This document shows, one piece after another, positions 16,665 to 26,985 of a DNA stretch of 64,000 bases (its first letter is position 1; every line of letters begins with the position of its first letter). The notes beneath the pieces are model-generated. The model searched no databases. It was not told where the DNA came from and saw only the letters and a program-made list of their open reading frames with translations. This stretch comes from an uncultured Lachnospiraceae bacterium. GTDB taxonomy: Bacteria > Bacillota > Clostridia > Christensenellales > UBA1242. The DNA is taken from positions 74,537 through 138,536 of the forward strand of contig CAYMVO010000001.1 in assembly GCA_964393975.1 (NCBI GenBank), read 5' to 3'. Position numbers and translations under genes: made by a program.

Positions 16665-18542
16665 ATGAAGAAAAAATTTCTATTATTTATATGTTTATTA
16701 CCTTTTATTTTTACTGGGTGCTCGTCATTTTCACCTAATACGCCTACATCTTATGATTTGATTGACTCATTGCAATTACAAATGAATAATGTAGTTACTA
16801 CCGTAAGAGGTCTAGACACACTTTACGATGAAGATTACATAATAGCACCTATATATAGCGGTTACACCAATAAGGGCGGATTAAACGCAACATTAAATAA
16901 TTCTAATGGACTTAATCAATCTTATAGCAATTTTACTAATGGTTTGGGTAATAACGCATTAGGTACAAATAATACCACTAACAATACATTAGGTAATCAA
17001 ATGACTAACATTGATACTTATAGACACGCTGATACAAACAACTCACTTTTAGGTAGTAATACACCTAACAACAATTTAAATAATTTTGGATACAATTATG
17101 GCAATTTTAATGCAAATAATTTTAATAATAACGGTATAAATAATTATAACACAAATGGATACGATGGTTATAATAATTTCGGATACGGAAACTACACATA
17201 CGGGGCTTATAACAGCACAAATCTTAGACAAATAGGTTCATTTATTCCACCAAAAAATATTGATACATACAATATAAACAACACTTTGCCAGTGAATAAT
17301 TGTGACACGGAAAAGATACACAATGTTTTTAATAACACTACATATAGCGTACCACAAACAAATAATACCGCAAATATAGTAGGTTACACACCAAAATATA
17401 ATAACAGTGCAAATTTAAATAGAGATACTTTAAACGCTTATGTGTCTAGTCTAGAAGATTTATATCTTATTACTTCCGATATAAATAGTGCAAACTACAT
17501 ACTCAACACACTTATTATGAACAATATTGAATTAGCCGTTGCGATAAGAAATAACGCCTTTTATCTAAATTACACGGTCAACACTCCCCCAACTGAAAAT
17601 TTGCAAGTCGTAACTGAGTATGTCAATACTATTGAAACTATTTTAGTAGGATTAAATGCGACTTATGGTTACATCACTAACGAGATAGAAGCAATAGCAC
17701 CACTAAGAGACAGTTTTTATAATAACACTGAGAGTTTAAATGCTAAATACTTAAAACTTATAAACGTGATTGATTCTAGAATTGCACAATTACAAAATTT
17801 AATGGTGTCGCTACAAAGATTAAATGCTCAACTAATTTTAATTGCTAACCAAAACGGCAATAATAACAATAATAATTATTTAAACCCTTATGGCGCATAT
17901 TATGGTTATAATGGTGGCTATGCAAATACTCAAATCAATGCAAATATAAAAGAAGTATCTCCAATAACCGACACGCAAAATCTGGACACTGCTAATAACT
18001 CTACACCCATAAATCCTAATACCAACAACAAAATAAATGATGACCTCCCTTCGTTACCTTCACCAACAGACACAAATACAATCGAATATAACGAAATTGT
18101 CTCACCACCACAAAATAAAAACACACCAACTATTGATACAAATAATATAATCAATAATACAGGTAATGATATTATATCTTCAACACCAATAAATCAACCT
18201 AACCAAATATTTGAACCGTTAACAAATGATATTAGGCAAATAAAAGAACAAAACGTCACAACTTTAGACACTAACACTAACACCGAAAATAATAACAATA
18301 CAAATAGTGCTAATACTAAAAATATTTTCACAACTGACTTTAATAATGACGACACAATGACGCAAGAAAATGAGGATATTATATCAATTCCAAGCGATGA
18401 CAAAATCAATCAAGAAAAAAACGCGAGTAATTGCAAAGACAATAAGTGCGAAACAAATATATTTATAGAAGAATACAATAGCGATACATATTTTGACACA
18501 AATAGACTCCTAAAAGACACACAAATAAAAAAAGAAGCGTAA
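16665..18542 (+). CDS. Asn-rich lipoprotein of unknown function
   Basis: Signal peptide with the lipobox LPFIFTGC (Cys19). Long Asn/Thr/Gly/Tyr low-complexity tracts flank a helical core of about 150 aa (LNAYVSSLEDLYLITSDI...LQNLMVSLQRLNAQL). AGGAG RBS. Confidence 0.6.
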   Translation: MKKKFLLFICLLPFIFTGCSSFSPNTPTSYDLIDSLQLQMNNVVTTVRGLDTLYDEDYIIAPIYSGYTNKGGLNATLNNSNGLNQSYSNFTNGLGNNALGTNNTTNNTLGNQMTNIDTYRHADTNNSLLGSNTPNNNLNNFGYNYGNFNANNFNNNGINNYNTNGYDGYNNFGYGNYTYGAYNSTNLRQIGSFIPPKNIDTYNINNTLPVNNCDTEKIHNVFNNTTYSVPQTNNTANIVGYTPKYNNSANLNRDTLNAYVSSLEDLYLITSDINSANYILNTLIMNNIELAVAIRNNAFYLNYTVNTPPTENLQVVTEYVNTIETILVGLNATYGYITNEIEAIAPLRDSFYNNTESLNAKYLKLINVIDSRIAQLQNLMVSLQRLNAQLILIANQNGNNNNNNYLNPYGAYYGYNGGYANTQINANIKEVSPITDTQNLDTANNSTPINPNTNNKINDDLPSLPSPTDTNTIEYNEIVSPPQNKNTPTIDTNNIINNTGNDIISSTPINQPNQIFEPLTNDIRQIKEQNVTTLDTNTNTENNNNTNSANTKNIFTTDFNNDDTMTQENEDIISIPSDDKINQEKNASNCKDNKCETNIFIEEYNSDTYFDTNRLLKDTQIKKEA

Positions 18543-18561
18543 TCTTCTTTTTTTCTATGCA

Positions 18562-19095
18562 TTAATAATTTTTTACATCTAACGCAAAAAACGATTTTGG
18601 ATGAGCACAAGTAGGACAAACCTCTGGAGCCTCTTTTGCGACTATTTTTGTACCACAATTTAGGCATATCCAAGTGACCTCTTCATCTTTTTTAAATACT
18701 TTATCTTGCTCAATGTTTTCTAAAAGAGCTAAAAACCTCTCCTCGTGTTCGCTCTCAATTTTTGCTACCGCTCTAAACTGCTCCGCTAATTCATTAAAGC
18801 CTTCTTCCTCAGCTTCCATAGCAAACCTTTTATACATATCGGTCCACTCAGAATTCTCGCCTTTTGCTGAATCAATCAAATTTCCTGTCGTATCACCAAG
18901 CAAACCTAATGCTTTAAACCATAATTTTGCGTGTTCCTTTTCATTACCCGCAGTCTCCTCAAACACACGAGCGATTTGCTCATACCCATCCTTTCTTGCC
19001 TTGCTAGCATAAAAAGTATATTTATTTCTTGCCATACTCTCGCCAGCAAAAGCCTCTTTTAAATTTCTTTCAGTCTTTGTTCCTTTTAAATTCAT
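18562..19095 (-). CDS. rbr: Rubrerythrin
   Basis: N-terminal diiron ferritin-like domain ([19 protein letters not shown]...EKEHAKLW...ESEHEERF) plus a C-terminal rubredoxin-type CxxC...CxxC (CLNCG...CPTCAHP). Confidence 0.92.
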   Translation of the reverse strand: MNLKGTKTERNLKEAFAGESMARNKYTFYASKARKDGYEQIARVFEETAGNEKEHAKLWFKALGLLGDTTGNLIDSAKGENSEWTDMYKRFAMEAEEEGFNELAEQFRAVAKIESEHEERFLALLENIEQDKVFKKDEEVTWICLNCGTKIVAKEAPEVCPTCAHPKSFFALDVKNY

Positions 19096-19136
19096 TTAAT
19101 TATCCTCCTTAGCTCTTTGTAATATGTTACCATATA

Positions 19137-20429
19137 TTATGATTTATTACAAGTGTTTGAAAATATTTTTTTGCGTTTTAAACCTTTTTCTTTTCCGTTA
19201 TTGCTAGGTATATAATAAATCCTATCCTTCAACGAATTTGGCAAATATTGTTGCTTAACATATCCACCATAATTATGTGGATACTTGTATTCATAAGGTC
19301 TTTCACTGTCTAAATTGTTTTGATTTTTTAAATGACTAGGAATGTCATCGTCTTTATTTTCTTCAGCATCTTTTTGAGCCATATTCATTGCAGTGACCAC
19401 GCTATTAGATTTTTCAGCTTCGCAAACATAAATTATAGCGTGACTCAATGGAATATTTGCCTCGGGCATTCCTATTTCCTTGATAGCAATAAGTGCATTA
19501 ATCGCCATAGTAAGCGCATAACTATCAGCCATACCAACATCTTCGCTAGCATGTGCTATGAGTCGTCTAGCTATAATGAGCGGATCTAAGCCACCGCTAA
19601 TAAGCCTATTCGCATAATAAAGTCCCGCCTCGCTATCACTACCTCTTAAACTTTTACAGAAAGCGGAAAGCATATCATAATATTGATTTTCATCAAATGA
19701 TAAAGCCTTTTTTTGAATGCTTTCTTCTGCGTCTTTTAGGTCGATAGTCACCTTTCCATTCACACTAGGAGTACTAAGTACGGCAAGTTCCAAAGCGTTT
19801 AACGCCTTTCTCACATCACCTACCGACATATTTGCAATATGATTTAAAGCCTCATCACTAGCCTCAACACTCAAATACCCTAGTCCATTTGGTGACTTTA
19901 GCGCACGCCTTAACTCACATACGACCTCTTCACTGCTAAGTGGTTTAAATTCAAAAACAGTTGATCGACTGACAATCGCCCTAGTCATACTAAAATATGG
20001 GTTTTCGGTGGTGGAACCAATAAAAATGACTGAGCCGTCTTCAATAGCCTCTAAAATGCTATCACTTTGAGATTTACTCCACCTATGACACTCATCGAGC
20101 AAAAGATAAGTTTTCGTTCCGTACATTTTATAACGTTCTTTTGCGCGCTCTATCACCGCTTTAGCGTCGGCAACACCACTATAAACCGCATTCAACCTTT
20201 CAAACTCGCCATTACAAGTGTTCGCTATAACGTTGGCTAGACTAGTCTTTCCCGAGCCAGGTGGACCGTAAAAAATGCAATTTCCCAAATGACTAGTCTT
20301 GATAGACCTAACTAGCAAACTATTTTCATAAAGTAAATGCTTTTGCCCAATAAACTCATCTAAGGTCTTTGGTCTCATTCTGACCGCAAGTGGTGCATTT
20401 TCTTTTGGTAAAGTATCAAACAAATCCAT
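19137..20429 (-). CDS. rarA: Replication-associated recombination protein A (RarA/MgsA AAA+ ATPase)
   Basis: LAVRMRPKTLDEFIGQ, Walker A GPPGSGKTSLA, Walker B LLLDECHRW and a conserved MgsA C-terminal domain (DMLSAFCKSLRGSD...YYANRL). The ATG at 20429 has a GGAGG RBS. Confidence 0.9.
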   Translation of the reverse strand: MDLFDTLPKENAPLAVRMRPKTLDEFIGQKHLLYENSLLVRSIKTSHLGNCIFYGPPGSGKTSLANVIANTCNGEFERLNAVYSGVADAKAVIERAKERYKMYGTKTYLLLDECHRWSKSQSDSILEAIEDGSVIFIGSTTENPYFSMTRAIVSRSTVFEFKPLSSEEVVCELRRALKSPNGLGYLSVEASDEALNHIANMSVGDVRKALNALELAVLSTPSVNGKVTIDLKDAEESIQKKALSFDENQYYDMLSAFCKSLRGSDSEAGLYYANRLISGGLDPLIIARRLIAHASEDVGMADSYALTMAINALIAIKEIGMPEANIPLSHAIIYVCEAEKSNSVVTAMNMAQKDAEENKDDDIPSHLKNQNNLDSERPYEYKYPHNYGGYVKQQYLPNSLKDRIYYIPSNNGKEKGLKRKKIFSNTCNKS

Positions 20430-20495
20430 AATTACCTCCGCAAGTATTATATCAAATTTCCCACAAATTTTCAATCAAACTCAACCAAAAACCTA

Positions 20496-21869
20496 TCAAA
20501 AACTTATCTTTTCTATTTTATCCAACCAATCATATTTAAAGATGTTCATATTGTGATATTTTGTACCGCTTATTTGGACTTGACTTTGACCATTATGCAC
20601 TAAATTTATAACATACGTTTTGTCTTGCTTTTTTAATTTTACGTTTAAGTTAAAACCAATTTTTGGAGCAACCTTTACATATTTGTCGTTAGCATATATG
20701 CCAAAAATATCGTGTTTAAAATAATTGTAAACAGACGATAAATCTTTTGTACCATTAATTATCAACAAATTGATTTTACTGATATCACAAGGTTCACTTT
20801 TAAACCCATAGACAAAATTTTTAAAAGAATATATGTTTTCTCTAGGATTTTTAAAGTACTGCTCAATGATTTTATGAGGTAACAATTTATTAAAAATGCT
20901 AAAACCCTCATTTAATATTTCAATTTTTATAACATTATCATAATTAGTTTTAATCGTCTTAATTATATTTTCTTCTGATAAAAAGCACCTTTGCGTCGTT
21001 AAATAGATAAATCCATTCATAATCTCAAATAGCAATCGCCCATCAGACACTCTCCCACCTAAATACTTTAGTCGTGTTATAATGTAAAAGTTATTCTTAC
21101 CATAAAGATCAAGCAAACTATATCCATTTACCTCTTTTTGCACATAATATAAAGACTCGTTTGCAAATATAAGATTTAATCTCTTTTTAATCAATAGATT
21201 AAAACTTGTATAAACACTATTTGATTTATAATTTAATAACCTTTTAATTTTTCCTTCATCCACACTATAAACTATAGAATAATCGCTCATATTATATGAG
21301 TAATCAATCTCGCCTAATAAATCAAAATTTTCATACTTATTGCGCTTTACTAATGGATAATTAATATTAAAAGCGTTTATCGTGGCAACAGTTTCAAAAT
21401 CCACCTCCTCAACATTAATCACATAATCGGCGACCATATCTTTAGCGTAAAAAGAATTTGTTACTACTACAAAATTAAAATCAATTTTTTCTTTTAAATC
21501 AAATACTTTAACACTTAAATCTTTGTAAGTTTTAAAGTCTTCCTTATTTAAGCAATTTATCTTATAAATAGGCTTTTCACTTATATTTAGCTTCGCTAAA
21601 ACACTAAAGTGTTTAAATGAATACATTTTAGGTTTATTATTTTTAATTTGCTCAAAAATATAATCAATATCGTACTCATCAACTTTTACACTAGCATCAC
21701 ACACAATCTCTATTTTTATCTCTTTTTGAGGTTTCAAAAACAAAAGACACATCGGCAAAAGCAATAAAAAACACATATTGAATGAACTCAAATACAAAAT
21801 AAAAAACACAAAACTCAACGTTAAAATTATCATATTCAAATTATGATTTATATTAGATTTTTTATACAA
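20496..21869 (-). CDS. Hypothetical membrane-anchored protein (no recognisable domain)
   Basis: Long ORF with N-terminal hydrophobic segments, then about 400 aa of Asn/Lys/Ile/Tyr-rich sequence with no motif I recognise. The start is uncertain: the TTG at 21869 and ATG at 21833 both lack a Shine-Dalgarno. Confidence 0.45.
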   Translation of the reverse strand: MYKKSNINHNLNMIILTLSFVFFILYLSSFNMCFLLLLPMCLLFLKPQKEIKIEIVCDASVKVDEYDIDYIFEQIKNNKPKMYSFKHFSVLAKLNISEKPIYKINCLNKEDFKTYKDLSVKVFDLKEKIDFNFVVVTNSFYAKDMVADYVINVEEVDFETVATINAFNINYPLVKRNKYENFDLLGEIDYSYNMSDYSIVYSVDEGKIKRLLNYKSNSVYTSFNLLIKKRLNLIFANESLYYVQKEVNGYSLLDLYGKNNFYIITRLKYLGGRVSDGRLLFEIMNGFIYLTTQRCFLSEENIIKTIKTNYDNVIKIEILNEGFSIFNKLLPHKIIEQYFKNPRENIYSFKNFVYGFKSEPCDISKINLLIINGTKDLSSVYNYFKHDIFGIYANDKYVKVAPKIGFNLNVKLKKQDKTYVINLVHNGQSQVQISGTKYHNMNIFKYDWLDKIEKISF

Positions 21870-21877
21870 TCTTACAC

Positions 21878-21901
21878 AAAAAAACTACCCCTCAAGGGTA
21901 G
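21878..21901 (-). terminator. Intrinsic terminator of rnpB
   Basis: On the minus strand: CTACCC-TTGAG-GGGTAG followed by T7. Confidence 0.7.
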
Positions 21902-21902
21902 C

Positions 21903-22240
21903 AGTTATTCTATAAGCCGAGTTCTGTATTAATCGGTTATCTATCTAAGACACATTATCACTAATGCATTCGTGCGATGCTTTTAGAATACTAGCGAGCA
22001 ACCTTAACGTATTCTTTAATCTTGCTTCAAGTGGGGTTTACATATGCCCTCAGTGTCGCCACCAAGGCGGTGAGCTCTTACCTCGACCTTTCCATCCTTA
22101 CCGTAAAAACAGCGGTTTATTTCTGTTGCACTATCCTTGGAGTCGCCTCCACCAGCAGTTAACTGGCACCCTGCTCTATGAAGCTCGGACTTTCCTCATC
22201 TGTGACCATCACAACCACAAACGCAACCGAATGAATAACT
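21903..22240 (-). ncRNA. rnpB: RNase P RNA (bacterial M1-type ribozyme)
   Basis: The minus strand contains the universal GAGGAAAGTCCGAGC (22197-22183) and ACAGAACTCGGCTTA (21927-21913). P1 pairs AGTTATTC (22240-22233) with GAATAACT (21910-21903). It is a GC-rich island of about 338 nt. Confidence 0.9.
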
Positions 22241-22246
22241 ATTTGT

Positions 22247-22275
22247 AGTATACAAGATTTAAGCCAAAAAGTCAA
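22247..22275 (-). promoter_or_regulatory. Sigma-A promoter for rnpB
   Basis: On the minus strand: TTGACT (22275-22270), 17-nt spacer, TATACT (22252-22247), 7 nt before the P1 5' end. Confidence 0.6.
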
Positions 22276-22294
22276 CCCCTTTGAATATTTTCTA

Positions 22295-23695
22295 TTATTT
22301 GGTAAAGGTCTTACCAAACAAATCTACTTTTCTTTGCACCATCTCATCTACACGATTTATATATTCTTGAATATCTTTCACATTTGGACTGCGTTCTATT
22401 CTTTTTTCACTTCGGCAAACCCTCTTAGATATAGCACCTGCCCCGACCGCTATAACACTATTCATCTCTTCCATACTTTCTATGTTAAACCGACACGCAC
22501 AATTAGGTTTTGTATAACCTACATTCTCGAAATTACCACGCATATGTTTTTGCCTATATAAATAATATGGCGCATAACCAGATTCTTTCAATTTCGTATA
22601 TGAATATGTTATCATACGCTCTATTTCATCACTGTATTTAAAATCTTGGTTCGCTAAATATGAATTATTTTTAATAGCAAGGGTGTGAACTGTAATATTT
22701 GCTGGTTGTAATTCACAAGCGATATCCAAAGAACGCTTAAAAGTCCTATATGACTCGTTTGGTAGTCCCGCTATCAAATCCATATTTACCTTAAAATCAT
22801 AATCAAGCGACAAAGCATACGCCTCAAGTACTTGCTTAGTTGTAGTCTTTCTTCCTATAAGTTTAAGTGTTTTATCGCTAAAAGTTTGAGGATTTATGCT
22901 AATTCTGTCTACATGATGTTTTTTGAGTACATCCAACTTTTCTTTTGTTATGGTATCAGGTCTTCCACATTCTACTGTAAATTCCGCATCCATAAAATGA
23001 AGTTCATTTAATAGCATATCCAACTGCTCAGCGCTTAGCGTAGTTGGAGTCCCACCTCCGATATAAATATTCTTTACCATATAACATTTATCTAGCATAA
23101 ACTCTCTAATTTGTCTAATTTCATAAATCAATTTTTCAAGATAAATAGGTAAAAGATTTTGCATACAACTAACCTCAGTTGAAACAAAATTGCAATACGC
23201 ACACCTTGTCGGGCAAAAGGGAATGTTTACATAAAAATTAACAAGTTTATCATTTACAATAATACCGCGTTGGTTTTTAATAGTCTCCACAACTAGCTTC
23301 GCTTTTTGTCTGCTCACATGATAGTCTTTATTCAAATAGAACTCCGTATTCATATAACTCATTCCATTTTCTATGTACTCATAACCAAGTTTTGTAGGTC
23401 TAACACCCGTCAAAGCACCCCAAGGTAGGTCTAATTTATATTTATCATTTAGTACTTCATACAAAGAAACTTTTGCACAATGCTTAAATTCTTTTTTAAT
23501 GATCAATTCATCTTTTGTGATTGTTTTGCTTTTTGTCCCAATATAAGGTCTATCATCATTCAAATATATTGTTGCCTTATATTCATTATCTAACGACTCA
23601 CCAATAACTTTAATACTATCATTTTCGGTCGGAAAAAGATTTACAACTTCTAGTAAATCTGCTTCATAATCTGTTAAATTTGTTTCAAATTTCAT
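22295..23695 (-). CDS. Radical SAM protein, HemN/HemZ-like (coproporphyrinogen dehydrogenase family)
   Basis: CxxxCxxC cluster YVNIPFCPTRCAYCNF, GGGTPT, and a HemZ-like N-terminal extension. The start overlaps the recJ stop (ATGA). Confidence 0.75.
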   Translation of the reverse strand: MKFETNLTDYEADLLEVVNLFPTENDSIKVIGESLDNEYKATIYLNDDRPYIGTKSKTITKDELIIKKEFKHCAKVSLYEVLNDKYKLDLPWGALTGVRPTKLGYEYIENGMSYMNTEFYLNKDYHVSRQKAKLVVETIKNQRGIIVNDKLVNFYVNIPFCPTRCAYCNFVSTEVSCMQNLLPIYLEKLIYEIRQIREFMLDKCYMVKNIYIGGGTPTTLSAEQLDMLLNELHFMDAEFTVECGRPDTITKEKLDVLKKHHVDRISINPQTFSDKTLKLIGRKTTTKQVLEAYALSLDYDFKVNMDLIAGLPNESYRTFKRSLDIACELQPANITVHTLAIKNNSYLANQDFKYSDEIERMITYSYTKLKESGYAPYYLYRQKHMRGNFENVGYTKPNCACRFNIESMEEMNSVIAVGAGAISKRVCRSEKRIERSPNVKDIQEYINRVDEMVQRKVDLFGKTFTK

Positions 23696-25947
23696 TTACT
23701 TTCCTCCCATAATCTTTTATACACAATTGATTGCATCAAATCGCCTTTTTTACCCGTCACCTCAAGTCCAAATTGACCTTTACTTTCAATAATCTTTAGC
23801 ACACCTATCTCTGCTAAAATTAAGTAACAAAAAACAAATTGCACATACGAGATATCTTTAATTACATTAATATAATAATTATAATCGTCTTTAAACAAAT
23901 TTTCAATATCTTTTACAAAATTAAATACTTTTCCAAAAATATTTCTTGATAAATCTAACTTTTTACTATCAAAAGATAGTATTTTGTCGCCTTGCACAAT
24001 ATTTACTTTTGGATACAATTTAGACAATTTATTCAAAGCACCTTTAGGTACTCGCTCTAAAAATCTTATGTTATCAAACGCATCAAAGCCATAAAAATTA
24101 TTAGGACACACAAGCAATGTATCTATATTTGTTGTATGCGACAAATTACCATAGTCTACGACCTTGTATAAATTGGTATCAAAATTTTCATCAAATGTTA
24201 TATACAAAGTAGAACCTCTACCCATCTGACCGCATTCAAACTCACAATCATCATAAAACATATTCTTGACTTTGACTCCATTAGAGTAATCTTCGTTTAA
24301 AATTAGTTTATCACACAACAATTCTTGTAAATAAAATTTGATATATTTTCTAGAATTATAAATTTCAATATATGGATCTATAATCATATCAATTTTTGAT
24401 GAAGAATTTAACAAATAAAAATATTTAGATAAACCAAATCCAATGCCACTTATCTTGTTAAGATTTATAATAACATTTTCATTATGATTTCGCATAAAAC
24501 TGACACTGCGCTTAGAATTTTCTAGCAATATTCTAGGTTTTTTATTACCAACGCCAACTGGTTCTAACACGCTAAGATTATCTATAAAAGACTCATCTAG
24601 TTCATCATTTGTAACGCAAAAATCGTAAAGAGGCTCAACCTCTATCGGTACATAAGTCTCAAAATAGTCTTTTAAAAAATTTTTAAACGCAGTTAATTTA
24701 TCCAACTCCAAACTTAATCCACCAGCCATACTATGTCCACCAAATGTGGATAAAAAATCTTTTGAAGCACTAAGAATATCAAATATATTGTATCCCGCTA
24801 CACATCTCGCGGAACCCGTATACTTATTAGTTCGTTTATCAAGAGTTAATACGATCGCCGGTCTAGAAAACGAACTCGCAAGTTTCGTTGCTACAATTCC
24901 TAAGACTCCACTTTCCCAAAAATCATTTTTCACAATGATTACTTTGTCTTTAACATTTACAAATTGTAATGCCTCATTGTAAATATTATCACACACTTGT
25001 TTTCTTTTTTCATTTACATTGTTTAGCGTCTCACAAAGGTTTGCAATTTTTTCATCATTATCGGTTAAATACAATTCCAAGCTAATACTAGCATCACCCA
25101 TCCGTCCTGAAGCATTTAATCTTGGTGTGAGTTTAAAGGCGATATCCATCGCTGAAGGATTAGCCACTTTTTGCCTTTTAAGTAATTCTTTGATACCTTT
25201 GGGACAATATTTATCAAAATTTTTCAGTCCATATTGCACTATAAACCTATTCTCATCTCTTAGTGTTACCAAATCTGAAATCGTAGAAATCGCACAAATG
25301 GTATAATATTTTTTACAAGTCTCTAGGTCGCTGAGAGCGTTCACCAACTTTAACGCCACACCTGCTCCACATAGGTCATTAAAAGGGTAATCTTGTTCTA
25401 ACTTTACATCAACTATTATACAGTTAGGCAAAATTGGTGGTATCTCATGGTGGTCAGTGACTATAATATCAACACCTTTAGATTTGATATAATCAACCTC
25501 TTTATAACACGCAATCCCACAGTCAACAGTTATAATCAAGTCAGGTGAATATTGCTCCAAAACCTTATCCGCCGTTTCGACACTTAATCCATAACCATCC
25601 TCAAAACGACTCGGCAAGTAATAATTTACATCAATACCTATTGATCTAAAATAAAGAACAAGTATCGCAGTCGCACCTATGCCATCCACATCATAATCAC
25701 CAAAAATCAATATTTTCTCATGATTTTTAATCGCATCCTGTATACGCTCAACCGCCTCACGCATACCTTTTAAAAGAAATGCGTCATAAAATATCTCTTT
25801 CCCGTTTATATAGTCATCAAATTTTTCTAAGGTATCATATCCCATTGAAACAATATATTCAGTAATTTTTTTATTCAAGTTATACTTTTCGCTAAATTCA
25901 TCGACTATTGTGGAATCAATATTTTCGTACGCTCTTTTATATCTCAT
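23692..25947 (-). CDS. recJ: Single-stranded-DNA-specific exonuclease RecJ
   Basis: DHH motifs IFGDYDVDGI, TVDCG and VTDHH, plus the DHHA1 motif GGHSMAGG. The ATG at 25947 has an AGAGGGG RBS. Confidence 0.9.
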   Translation of the reverse strand: MRYKRAYENIDSTIVDEFSEKYNLNKKITEYIVSMGYDTLEKFDDYINGKEIFYDAFLLKGMREAVERIQDAIKNHEKILIFGDYDVDGIGATAILVLYFRSIGIDVNYYLPSRFEDGYGLSVETADKVLEQYSPDLIITVDCGIACYKEVDYIKSKGVDIIVTDHHEIPPILPNCIIVDVKLEQDYPFNDLCGAGVALKLVNALSDLETCKKYYTICAISTISDLVTLRDENRFIVQYGLKNFDKYCPKGIKELLKRQKVANPSAMDIAFKLTPRLNASGRMGDASISLELYLTDNDEKIANLCETLNNVNEKRKQVCDNIYNEALQFVNVKDKVIIVKNDFWESGVLGIVATKLASSFSRPAIVLTLDKRTNKYTGSARCVAGYNIFDILSASKDFLSTFGGHSMAGGLSLELDKLTAFKNFLKDYFETYVPIEVEPLYDFCVTNDELDESFIDNLSVLEPVGVGNKKPRILLENSKRSVSFMRNHNENVIINLNKISGIGFGLSKYFYLLNSSSKIDMIIDPYIEIYNSRKYIKFYLQELLCDKLILNEDYSNGVKVKNMFYDDCEFECGQMGRGSTLYITFDENFDTNLYKVVDYGNLSHTTNIDTLLVCPNNFYGFDAFDNIRFLERVPKGALNKLSKLYPKVNIVQGDKILSFDSKKLDLSRNIFGKVFNFVKDIENLFKDDYNYYINVIKDISYVQFVFCYLILAEIGVLKIIESKGQFGLEVTGKKGDLMQSIVYKRLWEESK

Positions 25948-26007
25948 ACGCACACCCCTCTTTTTAAGTTTTCAAATATAGATTAACTACAAAAAAAGCC
26001 ATAAAGG

Positions 26008-26985
26008 CTAATTTTGTTCAATCTCATTATTTCTCTTTCTTTTTACTGCCTTCTTTTTTGCATCGAACTTATCAGCAAGGTTTGCATACATAGGTGATAC
26101 GATAAAAAGCAATGTCAACAAGCCCAAAGAAATACCTATTATAATAGGATAAATGAAACTATCTATACCCTGTAACCCTACACAAGCCAAAACTATAACG
26201 GTAATCAAAGTAGTCACTGTCATTGTAACCGTACGCGTCAAACTTTGATGCAAAGACCTATTCACAAGATTTGCATAAGACTCAGTAGGATAAAGTTTTT
26301 GATTTTCACGGATTCTATCAAATACCACAATGTTATTATTAATAGAGTAACCAATAATAGTAATCAAAGCTGCAATAAACACACTATCGATTTGAATATT
26401 AAATATAATAGTCAAAGCGAACACCAAAGCTACATCTAGAAACATTCCTATAACAGAGCAAACGCCATTCAAACCTCTAAATCTAATACCCACATATATA
26501 ACAATCAAAATAGTTGAAATAAATATAGCAAGCAACGCTTTAACCAATAGCGAAGAACTAGCAGTCGCAGTAATCCTATCACCTGTGCTTACAGTAATAT
26601 CGTCACCTAATGTAGAACGAAGCTCTGCAACAAAATTACTAGAAATTTCAGTCATCTCCTCCACGGTCTTACCCGCGACATCTTGATATCTGATTTGGAT
26701 AGTCGCATCTACACCAGTACCTTCCAAATGCTCATTTGCAATTGCTAGTTCATAATTTGACATAACGCTCTTGATTTGCTCTAAATATTGATCATAATTA
26801 TTCTTATCTTCAACAGTTTCTCCAACTTTCACATTAACAACTGTACCACCTGTAAAGTCAATGCTAAGGTTTAGTCCATTAAAAATCCAAACACAAGCAC
26901 CAGCAATCAATATGAGTACACACACTATTAACGCAACAAAGTGATATTTTACAAAATTAAAACTTTTAAATTTAGTTAAGTTCAT
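26008..26985 (-). CDS. secF: Protein translocase subunit SecF
   Basis: GLNLSIDFTGGT motif and a 6-TM topology. Overlaps the secD 3' end. GGAGG RBS. Confidence 0.9.
   Translation of the reverse strand: MNLTKFKSFNFVKYHFVALIVCVLILIAGACVWIFNGLNLSIDFTGGTVVNVKVGETVEDKNNYDQYLEQIKSVMSNYELAIANEHLEGTGVDATIQIRYQDVAGKTVEEMTEISSNFVAELRSTLGDDITVSTGDRITATASSSLLVKALLAIFISTILIVIYVGIRFRGLNGVCSVIGMFLDVALVFALTIIFNIQIDSVFIAALITIIGYSINNNIVVFDRIRENQKLYPTESYANLVNRSLHQSLTRTVTMTVTTLITVIVLACVGLQGIDSFIYPIIIGISLGLLTLLFIVSPMYANLADKFDAKKKAVKRKRNNEIEQN

Noticed and set aside
16900-17900. Repetitive AAT/AAC-rich DNA that could look like a tandem-repeat or spacer-repeat array
   Set aside because: It is in-frame Asn-codon low complexity inside the lipoprotein ORF. 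There are no regularly spaced identical repeats, so it is not CRISPR-like.
18410-18673. 87-aa minus-strand ORF spanning the lipoprotein/rubrerythrin junction
   Set aside because: It overlaps the 3' ends of two well-supported convergent genes in other frames, and has no RBS.
21964-22248. 94-aa plus-strand ORF from the track
   Set aside because: It lies entirely inside, and antisense to, RNase P RNA. The open frame is explained by the GC-rich structured RNA.
24745-24753. Perfect DnaA box (TGTGGATAA) inside recJ, and an 8/9 match near 13037
   Set aside because: These are isolated single boxes within coding sequence with no cluster or AT-rich unwinding element. This is consistent with chance, not an origin.
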